Assembly: GCA_963663965.2 (NCBI GenBank)
Contig: CAXXFK010000011.1
Coordinates: 1 to 64,000 of the forward strand
Origin: Sedimentisphaerales bacterium
Lineage (GTDB): Bacteria > Planctomycetota > Phycisphaerae > Sedimentisphaerales > SM23-30
Direction of reading: 5' to 3'
DNA length: 64,000 nt
Position numbers and translations under genes: made by a program. The number at the start of each line of letters is the position of its first letter. Within the stretch, counting starts at the first letter, position 1. Under the pieces are notes generated by a model. That model saw only the letters and a program-made list of their open reading frames with translations, did not search any database and had not been told where the DNA came from. This document shows positions 10,545 through 20,134 of the stretch, in pieces.

Positions 10545-11687
10545 TTATTCTTCCTCTCCCTCAGTCGGTTTCTTCTTTTCGATTACCGGGCCACCGCCAA
10601 GAATGGAACGTTTCATGCCATCGATACGTTCTTTCATCTGTTCGGGAGAACGGGCATGGTCCATGGCTTCTTCTTCACCGATCACTTTATTCATATAAAG
10701 CGTCCAGAGATGATCATCCATCAATTGCATGCCGAATTTTTTACCGGTCTGGATGGCGGAATTGATACGGTAGGTTTTATTTTCGCGGATCAAGTTGGAA
10801 ATCGCCGGCGTAACAACCATGAATTCGTAACCGGCTACACGGCCTTTGCCTCCGACCTTACGGCAGAGGGTCTGACTGAGCACGGCAATCAGGTTGGTGG
10901 AAAGCTGAACACGGATCTGTTCCTGCTGATTCACCGGGAACGCGTCGATCAGACGGGTAATGGTACCCTGGCAACCGGTGGTGTGAAGCGTACTGAAAAC
11001 CAGGTGGCCGGTTTCGGCGGCACGCACCGCCGCTTCGATGGTTTCCAGGTCACGCAACTCACCGACGAGAATAACGTCTGGGTCCTGACGCAATACCCGG
11101 CGGAGACATTCGGCAAAGCTGGGCACGTCAACACCCACTTCACGCTGATTGACAATGGATTTTTTATGATAGTGATAATATTCGATCGGGTCTTCCACCG
11201 TGACAATATGGCGGTCAAAAAACTCGTTGATGTAGTTGATCATACTGGCCAGGGTGGTGGATTTACCGGAACCCGTCGGGCCGGTCACCAGAAACATGCC
11301 CTGTGGACGACGGCACAGTTCGGCAATAATGGGCGGCAAGCCGATCTGATCGAAGCTGAGCATCAAGTTGGGAATCAAACGCAAAACCAGGGACAGATGG
11401 CCGCGCTGGCGGAAAACCGATACACGAAAACGGCCTTTGTCCCCGAAGGCAAAACCAAAGTCGGTGGAACCGGCTTCCTGAAGTTCCTGTTGATTCCTGT
11501 CAGGGGTGATACTTTTCATCAGCGCGACCGTATCGTCCGCATCGAGCACTTTGGTTTCGAGACTTCGCAGTCCGCCGTGCAGACGCAGAACGGGAGGACG
11601 ACCGGTAACAAGGTGAATGTCAGACGCGCCTTGCTTGACGCAGGTTTCCAAAACACGATCAATATGCACAGTTGCCATAAAAAACAC
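10545..11687 (-). CDS. pilT: Retraction ATPase PilT
   Basis: GPTGSGKST, EDPIEY, NQREVG, AETGHLVFSTLHT, AISNLIRE; likely start is MATVH near 11678. Confidence 0.95.
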   Translation of the reverse strand: MFFMATVHIDRVLETCVKQGASDIHLVTGRPPVLRLHGGLRSLETKVLDADDTVALMKSITPDRNQQELQEAGSTDFGFAFGDKGRFRVSVFRQRGHLSLVLRLIPNLMLSFDQIGLPPIIAELCRRPQGMFLVTGPTGSGKSTTLASMINYINEFFDRHIVTVEDPIEYYHYHKKSIVNQREVGVDVPSFAECLRRVLRQDPDVILVGELRDLETIEAAVRAAETGHLVFSTLHTTGCQGTITRLIDAFPVNQQEQIRVQLSTNLIAVLSQTLCRKVGGKGRVAGYEFMVVTPAISNLIRENKTYRINSAIQTGKKFGMQLMDDHLWTLYMNKVIGEEEAMDHARSPEQMKERIDGMKRSILGGGPVIEKKKPTEGEEE

Positions 11688-11817
11688 CTTTGGTCAAACG
11701 GACCGTTGGTATGTCAGGTAATATTATCCTTAATTAACAAAATATTCGAATTCCGCTATTGCGGTGACTCGGATCGATAAACAGAGAAACGTCATCGGGG
11801 CGCAGCGGTTAATTCGA

Positions 11818-13572
11818 TCAGGCTTCTTCTTCCATCTCTTCTTCAACAAGGCCGGAGACCTGGGCCACACGGGCGATTTCTGCCACAGTAGTAACGCCAG
11901 CCAGACACTTGAGCCGTCCGTCCTCCACCAGATTACGCATTCCTGTTGCCAGGGCAACATTACGTATCTCATTTACCGGTGAACGCTTAAACGCCAACTC
12001 ACGAATCCGGCTGTTCATCAACATCATTTCAAAAATACCCAGGCGGCCACGATATCCCGTTCCGTTACACCGCTTGCATCCCCGACCCTTGTAGAGGGTG
12101 ACATCCTGCATGTTCGCGGGGTCGAAGCCGACCAGGCGCAAATAACGCAGATCAGGTTCCGGATCGATTTCTTTGCATTCTTTGCATATGACACGGATCA
12201 AACGCTGGGCCATAATTGCCTGAATGGCGCTGGCCACCAGAAACGGCTTCACGCCCATATCGATCAAACGGGTAATGGCGCTGGGGGCGTCGTTAGTATG
12301 AAGCGTGCTAAAAACCAGGTGACCGGTCAGGGCGGCCTGGATCGCGATATCCGCTACTTCACGGTCACGAATTTCACCGACCAGAATGATATTAGGCGCC
12401 TGACGCAACATCGAACGCAGAATACGGGCAAAGGTAAACCCGATATCGTGCCGAACCTGACACTGGTTCATGCCGGTAAAATTATATTCAACCGGGTCTT
12501 CCGCCGTAATGATCTTTTTGTCCGGTCGATTCAATACCTGAAGCGCGGAATACAGGGTCGTGGTTTTACCGGAACCCGTCGGACCGGTTACCAGGAAGAT
12601 GCCGTTGGGGCGTTTAATGACTTTCTGGAATTTTTCGAAATCATCATCACCAAAACCCAAAGCCTGGATACCAACGAGTACGGAATCAGGACGCAAAATA
12701 CGCAAAACGATACTTTCGCCATGATAAGCAGGCAAAGCACTCACACGAAAATCAATATCAGTGGTTCCAACCCGTTTTTTGATACGACCGTCCTGCGGGA
12801 TCCGGCGTTCAGCAATGTCCATACCCGACATGATTTTAAATCGGGCCGTCACCACATTTTGCAGCTGTTTGGGGATGTTATCGCGCTCGATACAAACACC
12901 GTCAATACGATAACGGACACGGACACGGTCCGCCATGGGTTCGACATGGATGTCAGACGCGCGCAACTTAACCGCTTCATCGATAATCCGATTGATCAGT
13001 TTGACGATCGGGGCCGAATCTTCTTTGAGCTGGTTGGGATCGAGTTTATCCAGGTCAATTGAGGAGTCCAGGGATTTGTCGACACTGGCATCGATCGTTT
13101 TGTCGATGGTGTCCAGGGTTTTGTCGATGGTGTCCCGCAACTGGTCGAGGTTTTTGTCGATATAAGCTTTGATTTTATCTTTGGGGGCCAGGGCGCATTC
13201 CAGTTCGCTATTGAGCCGGAAACGGAGCAGATCGAGAGTATCCAGATCGAGTGGATCATGGATCAGTAATTTAATTTTGCCCCCCTCCTTGCCGATCGGC
13301 AGGATCTGATATTGGCGGATCAGGCTTTCGGGCACCAGGTCCAGAGCGGAACGATCAACAATATGATGTCCAAGATCGACATATTCCAGATCGAACTGCC
13401 GGGCCATGGCCTTGGTGACCTGTTCTTCACTGGCCATTTCCATTTCAACCAGGACATCGCCTAATCTGCGTTTACTGGCCTCAGAGGTTTTGGTCGCCTC
13501 ATCGAGTTGCTTCTGATTGATCAGTCCCCATTCAATCAGAATATCGCCAAGCATTTTTTTCTTTTTTGCCAT
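11818..13572 (-). CDS. pilB: Type IV pilus assembly ATPase PilB/GspE (paralog 2)
   Basis: ASDIHVEP, GPTGSGKTT, EDPVEY, LRQAPN, LHTND, CKEC...CKRC; N-terminal LGDILIEWGLI/LGDVLVEM. Confidence 0.93.
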   Translation of the reverse strand: MAKKKKMLGDILIEWGLINQKQLDEATKTSEASKRRLGDVLVEMEMASEEQVTKAMARQFDLEYVDLGHHIVDRSALDLVPESLIRQYQILPIGKEGGKIKLLIHDPLDLDTLDLLRFRLNSELECALAPKDKIKAYIDKNLDQLRDTIDKTLDTIDKTIDASVDKSLDSSIDLDKLDPNQLKEDSAPIVKLINRIIDEAVKLRASDIHVEPMADRVRVRYRIDGVCIERDNIPKQLQNVVTARFKIMSGMDIAERRIPQDGRIKKRVGTTDIDFRVSALPAYHGESIVLRILRPDSVLVGIQALGFGDDDFEKFQKVIKRPNGIFLVTGPTGSGKTTTLYSALQVLNRPDKKIITAEDPVEYNFTGMNQCQVRHDIGFTFARILRSMLRQAPNIILVGEIRDREVADIAIQAALTGHLVFSTLHTNDAPSAITRLIDMGVKPFLVASAIQAIMAQRLIRVICKECKEIDPEPDLRYLRLVGFDPANMQDVTLYKGRGCKRCNGTGYRGRLGIFEMMLMNSRIRELAFKRSPVNEIRNVALATGMRNLVEDGRLKCLAGVTTVAEIARVAQVSGLVEEEMEEEA

Positions 13573-14500
13573 TGAGAACTTCTCTTATGGTCCAGATTGA
13601 TTAATTGAAACTTATCTTGTGGTCAGTTGTGATAAATACTTTCTTCTGATAATTAAATATGGAGGAATCAAGGTGCTTATCATTATTATCGTAAAATACG
13701 GATAGTCGGTTGAGGCCGACTATTTTTGATTACCAGTATCGGTCGAATATTCAGCGGGATACACAAGTTCCAGGATAAACAAAGGCATGTGTAACCATTT
13801 ACGATAAAAGGAGGTTACAATTTCAAGGCATGAGCCGCCACTCTGGGCGGCCTGATTGGACTCTCCATTAAAATCTTTGGCTATGCTATTCATTTTATAC
13901 CATAAGTCAAGTGAAAATACCAGATTAAAGTCAGTAGTCTTATTCGATTTTATGGCAAAAACAGGGTTTAGCAAACCAAACGGATATGAAAGAAAAATCA
14001 GATATGATAAAATTTAGAAAGCGTTTTCATCATAAAACAATATGGGCAGCCCTGATATCGCGAGCGTTGAATAACTGGTTGAGTGAACAATTCCACCTCA
14101 ATTAAATGATAATGCGAGTTGTTCTGATTTATCTATTCTCTTATTGCTTATCCTCCTTGATAGGGATGTCGGCCGGTGGTTTGGTAGGGATGCCGAGGGC
14201 GTGGAGGGCTTCGTAGCGGTTTCAGGCGTAACTGAAGACCTGGTCGTCAGTTACGACGCTTTGGTCGGCCATCAACTCTGGCAGGCACCCTTTGATGTAT
14301 TCGGGGGCGAGTTTGGCTTCGCTGGGGTGCGTGGGGATTCTGGGCAGGTCGGGAAATGGGTACTCCGGGGGGTAGGCATTGGATTCATTTGGTTTATTCC
14401 GTGAAAATATCTTCTTATATTTTTAAAACTTAACCCCGTTTTCACCTGTGTCCATCTGCGGTTAAACCGGCTGTTAGGGAATCTTATAGGGGTCAGGAAC

Positions 14501-14637
14501 GAATGGCGGTAGCTTATGGTAATTATAAAAAAAAGCCTCCGGAGTCGATAGTGAAATTATGAACAAAACATTATCGAACGGAGGCCACATATGTCTGACA
14601 GTCATTTCGGTGATCGTCGTGAAAAACCTTTAGAACC
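14501..14637 (+). mobile_element. Probable IS4-family left-end remnant
   Basis: Begins GAATGGCGGTAGCTTA (xAATGxC...TTA pattern like IS4 IRs) directly after GGGGTCAGGAAC. A hairpin GCCTCCG..TCGATAGTG / CATTATCGA..CGGAGGC covers a GGAGG RBS before ATG 14591 (MSDSHFGDRREKPLEP*). Confidence 0.4.
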
Positions 14638-15207
14638 TTAAAGGGGCCAGAAGCCGATTTTCGGTCTTCCTCTGGGCCGGAGAGTTGACTCTAACTCGAA
14701 TTGGGCGGCAATCCTTTCTGACCAGCCCGCATCCCCCAGCGAACAGCCCCGCCGGATCGCGTTTTGAAAACGCTCGTTATCCTTCTCGTCGAGTTTAGCA
14801 TGAACCAGTCTAACCCAGTTTTCCGGCAGAGGCGTGCTATACTCGCTCAGGGTAATCGGCGTATCCCGGCCGGCGTCGCCCGCATGCCGGCCATAGCGGC
14901 TCCAGGGCCAATCCGCCGCATCCTTCACCAAGTCCGGCCCGCAACGGATTGCCTTCGACATATCGCATCGCCGTCACATAATATAGGGTATCTCTAAAAA
15001 TTGCTTTAGAGGCGAAAGCGAGGATGGTCTTTCTCTGGCAAGGAACAAAGAACCGGGCCTATTTGACAATATTCACGGTTTTTTTGTGACGCCGTCCAGA
15101 GGAGAACCAGACCGCTTGCAGCCCTGAATGAATTTTTAGAGGTTCCCGATATCTGCCCCTGAATCGGAAAGCTCTTAAATCGCCCCTGATAAATATGCCC
15201 TATACCG
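14638..15207 (-). pseudogene. RAYT/Y1 transposase C-terminal fragment (copy A), interrupted by a MITE
   Basis: Encodes GHIYQGRFKSFPIQGQI..[MITE]..YVEGNPLRAGLVKDAADWPWS...LRPRGRP; closely similar to 17856-18530. Confidence 0.9.
14986..15147. mobile_element. 162-bp MITE inserted in the RAYT fragment (copy A)
   Basis: Ends GGGTATCTCTAAAAATT ... AATTTTTAGAGGTTCCC (17-bp imperfect TIR); flanks TATA/GATA; absent from the intact RAYT at the same position. Confidence 0.85.
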
Positions 15208-15223
15208 TATCTTTATCCCCCAC

Positions 15224-15249
15224 GTACGGGCAACCCCCCGTGGTTGCCC
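15224..15249 (+). repeat. GTAG-type REP-like palindrome (second copy at 19037-19062)
   Basis: GTAC-GGGCAACC-cccc-gt-GGTTGCCC-type stem-loop, next to the point where RAYT homology stops. Confidence 0.65.
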
Positions 15250-16173
15250 TCCCCCGCAATCGCCCATCACCCCCAGTTATCTTTTTTTCAATTCTCATCT
15301 CCTCCCTTTTCCTCGGCCTGCAATCCCATCAATCTCACAATATCAATAAACCCACATTCACATCAGTGAAGCCCGAAGGGTCGAAGATCCGCCTCAGGCG
15401 GGCTGCCAGTTCCCGGCCCGTTCGGAGTTCGCTTCAGCGTGCTTTTTTCATCTCTTCGGCCGTTCCGGAATTTATCCCGATATTCATCGGGACTCCCTTC
15501 ACTTACTATACGGTGAAAATGTATGATATTTCCTTCCGTACTACAATCATTCAATTCTTTGTTATTTTAGCGAAGTTTGTTGTGTTGGAGAATAGATGAT
15601 CTTTTAAAACAAAAACTTATATCACTTTGCGCCTTCCGTCAACTATTGACTCTCCCAGCCGTTGCCCACCCTTTGCACCTTAGCGTCTTTGCGTTAAACC
15701 GGCTGTTTTTCTGGGGCTTGGTGTGAGCTATTTTTGGCGTTGCGGCTTGACCGCCCTAAGTCCATCTGCGGTTAACCCTGCCATTATATTTTCCCAACCC
15801 TCTTTTCTTAAATCCTGTCAATCCTGTGATCCTGTCTAAAAAGCTTTTATTCTTCCCTGCTCCTCATCCTCTATGCCCTCCTGACCTCTGTGGTAATAAC
15901 GCATTTAAATCGTGGCGCAGCCACCTGCTTTTCTTCCGTGTCTTTCCGCGTTTTTCCGTGGTTATATCTTCTTATATTTCAATATCTTAAATAATTTTTA
16001 TCTGCATCATCTGCGGATAAACCGGCCGTTATATGCTCAACCCTTATCTCCCGCCTTTCCCCAACCCCCTCGCTAATTCAAATACGCCTCATCCCCCCCT
16101 CCATCCCCGTCCGTGCAGGTCCGTGCCCGTCCGTGCCCGTCCGTGGCACAATGCTATCCCCCCAATCCCATCT

Positions 16174-16317
16174 CCCCGTCCGCTCCTGCCCCTGGCCGAG
16201 GATGGCCTCAAACGCCGCAAAATCCCCGGCCTTGCGAAAAAAACACAGCCGGCCATTCGCCCGGTTGAGCACATGGTACAGATAACCGCCATAACTTTTG
16301 CGTCTAGCTCGTGGCAT
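16174..16317 (-). pseudogene. RAYT/Y1 transposase N-terminal fragment (copy A)
   Basis: MPRARRKSYGGYLYHVLNRANGRLCFFRKAGDFAAFEAILGQGQERTG, after which homology stops; IR-like end at 16358-16378. Confidence 0.9.
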
Positions 16318-16408
16318 GATCACCCTATTCTGGCACCATCTCAGCACCCTGTCAACCTAAAGGGTTCCTGACCAATTCAATCCCAAGTCCTTTTAATTCC
16401 CGGCAGCT

Positions 16409-16786
16409 TTACAGGCTTTCGCCTTGATAACTGAGAAATAACTCTAAAACATAATGCCGAATCTGGTCCATCAGCAGGCAATGAGAGACAAATGCAGGAT
16501 AAGTGTCTTTATTCGTTATAATCCAGTTAAGCAGCTTGGGAACAATATATAACGCATGTTTTTTTAAGAGTATGATCTTTCCATCAAGATCCTCCACAAA
16601 ATTATTATCTCGCTTAATCCAAGATGCACACCCGGCAATATCAGAGTGCATCATTTCAAAATCCAAAAACACATGAGTCGATGTGTCTTTATCTGCAAAT
16701 AATTCATTTGTTTCAGACATATGAAGCCGATTCATTTCCTGACGAAAGATTTCATCATTGAAATGTTTTTCCATGACTTCAATCAA
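16409..16786 (-). CDS. Hypothetical AT-rich protein, candidate orphan immunity protein
   Basis: 125-aa helical-looking ORF, AT-rich, between RAYT ends and near the Rhs cassette; function inferred from context only. Confidence 0.55.
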   Translation of the reverse strand: MIEVMEKHFNDEIFRQEMNRLHMSETNELFADKDTSTHVFLDFEMMHSDIAGCASWIKRDNNFVEDLDGKIILLKKHALYIVPKLLNWIITNKDTYPAFVSHCLLMDQIRHYVLELFLSYQGESL

Positions 16787-16957
16787 ATAGGCTATTATAG
16801 ATTTTATATTTGAGTTTATATTAATTCTTTTTTAATCGGGAGGTATATAGTCAATAGTTTTGTCATCTTTTGTTATCAAAACCTGGCATTTGCAAAACGC
16901 TTACAAACATATAGAGTAAAAGCAATATCTGCTTTCTGATTGGCATAAATATAGATC

Positions 16958-17788
16958 CTAATCCGCTTTAAATTCCGCTAACGGCTTAAAATCCACCCCT
17001 TTTAATTTATTATCAACAATTATACGATACAATTGATTGGATACTATTATTCCCTTATCGGCTGCATGGCCGGAACCAAAGTATTCCTGTGTTTTAAAGA
17101 TCAAGCCATTTTGCGGTTCAGCAAAAGGCGGCCAATAACCCCTGACGACATAATTATATTTGATGCGTTCACAATGCCTGCAATACTCACCCTCCAATGC
17201 TTCTCGTTTCAATGGACTGGTTGCGACTTCATCAATCACCAATTGCACAACGGTCTTCAATTCCGTCTCCTTTTTATAATGAAGCACCGGCCGACAATCA
17301 ATCCCCAGTGGCTTGAAATACTCTTGCCACACCTCCGGCAAAACAAAATATTCATCATAAATCCAGTGCAACTGCAATAGATGCCTTTTTCCCCATTTCG
17401 GTTCGCTTTTCATACGAAAAGGCGCTTTCTGATTATAACCTGTACCGCATTCAAGGCAATAATCAGACAAATCATATATCAATGCTTCCCAACCACCATC
17501 CTCTTGTGGCATGGGATAACCGTGATGCCATTGAGGATTCAATTCCAGAAAAGCCGCGTGAACCTGCTCTTTTGGGGTAAATTTCGTATAAATCTGTGAC
17601 GGCCTGATCCCCTGGCCATCCAACTCTTTGATCAGTTCAATTTGAGGGCTGTTTTCTATTAAATCGAAATAAAGAAATGTGCCTATGACAGACTTGTCGT
17701 AATTGTATTTAACTTTATGAAACTCAAGTAACTGCTTCAAAGACAAATTTTTACCAATATTCTTGCCATAATGATATACAATTTTCAT
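16958..17788 (-). CDS. Hypothetical protein with two CxxC pairs, candidate immunity protein (double-CXXCG/Imm11-like)
   Basis: CLECG and CRHC motifs, C-terminal GIIVSNQLY...KLKG; AGAGGA RBS; toxin-immunity context. Confidence 0.6.
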   Translation of the reverse strand: MKIVYHYGKNIGKNLSLKQLLEFHKVKYNYDKSVIGTFLYFDLIENSPQIELIKELDGQGIRPSQIYTKFTPKEQVHAAFLELNPQWHHGYPMPQEDGGWEALIYDLSDYCLECGTGYNQKAPFRMKSEPKWGKRHLLQLHWIYDEYFVLPEVWQEYFKPLGIDCRPVLHYKKETELKTVVQLVIDEVATSPLKREALEGEYCRHCERIKYNYVVRGYWPPFAEPQNGLIFKTQEYFGSGHAADKGIIVSNQLYRIIVDNKLKGVDFKPLAEFKAD

Positions 17789-17837
17789 AATATCCTCTAA
17801 GCTATAAACCTAATAAGGTCAAAATCTCTGAAAGAGT

Positions 17838-18589
17838 AAAAGGGTCAGGAACCTTTTAAGTCGATCTCGGCCTTCCTCTGGGCCGCAGAGTCGACTCTAA
17901 CTCGAATTGGGCGGCAATCTTTTCTGTCCAGCCCGCATCTCCCAACGGACAGCCCCGCCGGATCGCGTTTTGAAAACGCTCACAATCCTTCTCACTGAGA
18001 TTAGCATGAACCACTCTGTCCCAGTTTTCCGGCAGCGGCGTGCTATATTCACTCAGGGTAATCGGGGTCTCCCTGCCCGCGCCGCCCACATGCTGGCCAT
18101 AGCTGCTCCAGGGCCAATCCGCCGCATCCGTCACCAGTCCGGCCCGCAACGGATTGCCTTCGACATATCGCATCGCCGTCACATAATAAATCTGCCCCTG
18201 AATCGGAAAGCTCTTGAATCGCCCCTGATAAATATGGCCCGTACCGGCGCTGCGGTGGGCGGCATGATACCGCTGCGTGTGCGTGACCGTCACCCATCGC
18301 ATATACTCCGACAGCTCCCCGTCATGCCGCGGCCACAACAGAAGATGCCAGTGATTGCCCATCAGGCAATACCCACAGATCCGCATCCCCGTCCGCTCCT
18401 GGCCCTGGCCGAGTATGGCCTCAAACGCCGCAAAATCAGCGGCCTTGCGAAAAATACGCAGCCGGCCATTCGCCCGGTTGAGCACATGGTAAAGATAACC
18501 ACCATAACTTTTGCGTTTCGCTCGTGGCATATATCCCATTCTGGCACCGTATCAGCGCCAAGTCAACCTAAATGGTTCCTGACCCCTTT
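17838..18589. mobile_element. Intact RAYT unit bounded by 21-bp inverted repeats
   Basis: Left end AAAAGGGTCAGGAACCTTTTA (17838-17858) matches the reverse complement of right end TAAATGGTTCCTGACCCCTTT (18569-18589) at 19/21. Confidence 0.85.
17856..18530 (-). CDS. REP-associated tyrosine transposase (RAYT/TnpA-Y1, HUH superfamily)
   Basis: YHVLNR, CLMGNHWH (HUH), GHIYQGRFKS, RYVEGNPLRAG (catalytic Tyr), WPWSSY. Confidence 0.93.
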   Translation of the reverse strand: MPRAKRKSYGGYLYHVLNRANGRLRIFRKAADFAAFEAILGQGQERTGMRICGYCLMGNHWHLLLWPRHDGELSEYMRWVTVTHTQRYHAAHRSAGTGHIYQGRFKSFPIQGQIYYVTAMRYVEGNPLRAGLVTDAADWPWSSYGQHVGGAGRETPITLSEYSTPLPENWDRVVHANLSEKDCERFQNAIRRGCPLGDAGWTEKIAAQFELESTLRPRGRPRST

Positions 18590-18599
18590 CAACCCAACC

Positions 18600-19907
18600 C
18601 GTCGAGTTTAGCATGAACCAGTCTAACCCAGTTTTCCGGCAGAGGCGTGCTATACTCGCTCAGGGTAATCGGCGTATCCCGGCCGGCGTCGCCCGCATGC
18701 CGGCCATAGCGGCTCCAGGGCCAATCCGCCGCATCCTTCACCAAGTCCGGCCCGCAACGGATTGCCTTCGACATATCGCATCGCCGTCACATAATATAGG
18801 GTATCTCTAAAAATTGCTTTAGAGGCGAAAGCGAGGATGGTCTTTCTCTGGCAAGGAACAAAGAACCGGGCCTATTTGACAATATTCACGGTTTTTTTGT
18901 GACGCCGTCCAGAGGAGAACCAGACCGCTTGCAGCCCTGAATGAATTTTTAGAGGTTCCCGATATCTGCCCCTGAATCGGAAAGCTCTTAAATCGCCCCT
19001 GATAAATATGCCCTATACCGTATCTTTATCCCCCACGTACGGGCAACCCCCCGTGGTTGCCCTCCCCCGCAATCGCCCATCACCCCCAGTTATCTTTTTT
19101 TCAATTCTCATCTCCTCCCTTTTCCTCGGCCTGCAATCCCATCAATCTCACAATATCAATAAACCCACATTCACATCAGTGAAGCCCGAAGGGTCGAAGA
19201 TCCGCCTCAGGCGGGCTGCCAGTTCCCGGCCCGTTCGGAGTTCGCTTCAGCGTGCTTTTTTCATCTCTTCGGCCGTTCCGGAATTTATCCCGATATTCAT
19301 CGGGACTCCCTTCACTTACTATACGGTGAAAATGTATGATATTTCCTTCCGTACTACAATCCTTCAATTCTTTGTTATTTTAGCGAAGTTTGTTGTGTTG
19401 GAGAATAGCTGATCTTTTAAAACAAAAACTTATATCACTTTGCGCCTTCCGTCAACTATTGACTCTCCCAGCCGTTGCCCACCCTTTGCACCTTAGCGTC
19501 TTTGCGTTAAACCGGCTGTTTTTCTGGGGCTTGGTGTGAGCTGTTTTTGGCGTTGCGGCTTGACCGCCCTAAGTCCATCTGCGGTTAACCCTGCCATTAT
19601 ATTTTCCCAACCCTCTTTTCTTAAATCCTGTCAATCCTGTGATCCTGTCTAAAAAGCTTTTACTCTTCCCTGCTCCTCATCCTCTGTGCCCTCCTGACCT
19701 CTGTGGTAATAACCCATTTAAATCGTGGCGCAGCCACCTGCTTTTCTTCCGTGTCTTTCCGCGTTTTTCCGTGGTTATATCTTCTTATATTTCAATATCT
19801 TAACTAATTTTTATCTGCATCATCTGCGGATAAACCGGCCGTTATATGCTCAACCCTTATCTCCCGCCTTTCCCCAACCCCCTCGGCAATTCAAATACGC
19901 CTCATCC
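18600..19907. repeat. Direct repeat copy B: truncated RAYT C-terminal fragment, MITE and repeat-rich spacer
   Basis: Matches 14787-16094; its left end is cut about 10 nt from the right IR of the intact RAYT. Confidence 0.95.
18799..18960. mobile_element. 162-bp MITE (copy B)
   Basis: Same sequence and insertion site as 14986-15147. Confidence 0.85.
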
Positions 19908-19910
19908 TCT

Positions 19911-20054
19911 CCCCGTCCGCTCCTGGCCCTGGCCGGGTATAGCCTCAAACGCCGCAAAATCGCCGGCCTTGCGAAAAATCCACAGCCGGCCATTCGCCCG
20001 GTTAAACATATAGTAAAGATAACCGCCATAACTTTTGCGTCTAGCTCGTGGCAT
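19911..20054 (-). pseudogene. RAYT/Y1 transposase N-terminal fragment (copy B)
   Basis: MPRARRKSYGGYLYYMFNRANGRLWIFRKAGDFAAFEAIPGQGQERTG; IR-like end TAAATGGTCCCTGATCCC at 20095-20112. Confidence 0.9.
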
Positions 20055-20134
20055 GATCACCCTATTCTGGCACCATATCAGCGCCATGTCAACCTAAATG
20101 GTCCCTGATCCCAATGGCACTTAATAAGCTTAAA

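Larger units (their letters stand above)
14787..16094. repeat. Direct repeat copy A (~1.3 kb); partner at 18600-19907
   Basis: Near-identical sequence at offset 3813 with a handful of substitutions; the ORF track shows paired ORFs (15195/19008, 15363/19176). Confidence 0.95.

Noticed and set aside
9211..13062. Long + strand ORFs (9211, 10656, 12298)
   Set aside because: Antisense shadows of the GC-rich pilB/pilT genes; no recognisable motifs
13720..13974. 84-aa ORF upstream of pilB
   Set aside because: No motif or clear RBS; more likely AT-rich promoter region
15195..15599. 134-aa ORF and its twin at 19008-19412
   Set aside because: Runs through REP-like and other repeats; conserved only because of the duplication
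17795..17840. Possible toxin C-terminal remnant (FTLSEILTLLGL*) before the CxxC gene
   Set aside because: Too short to support
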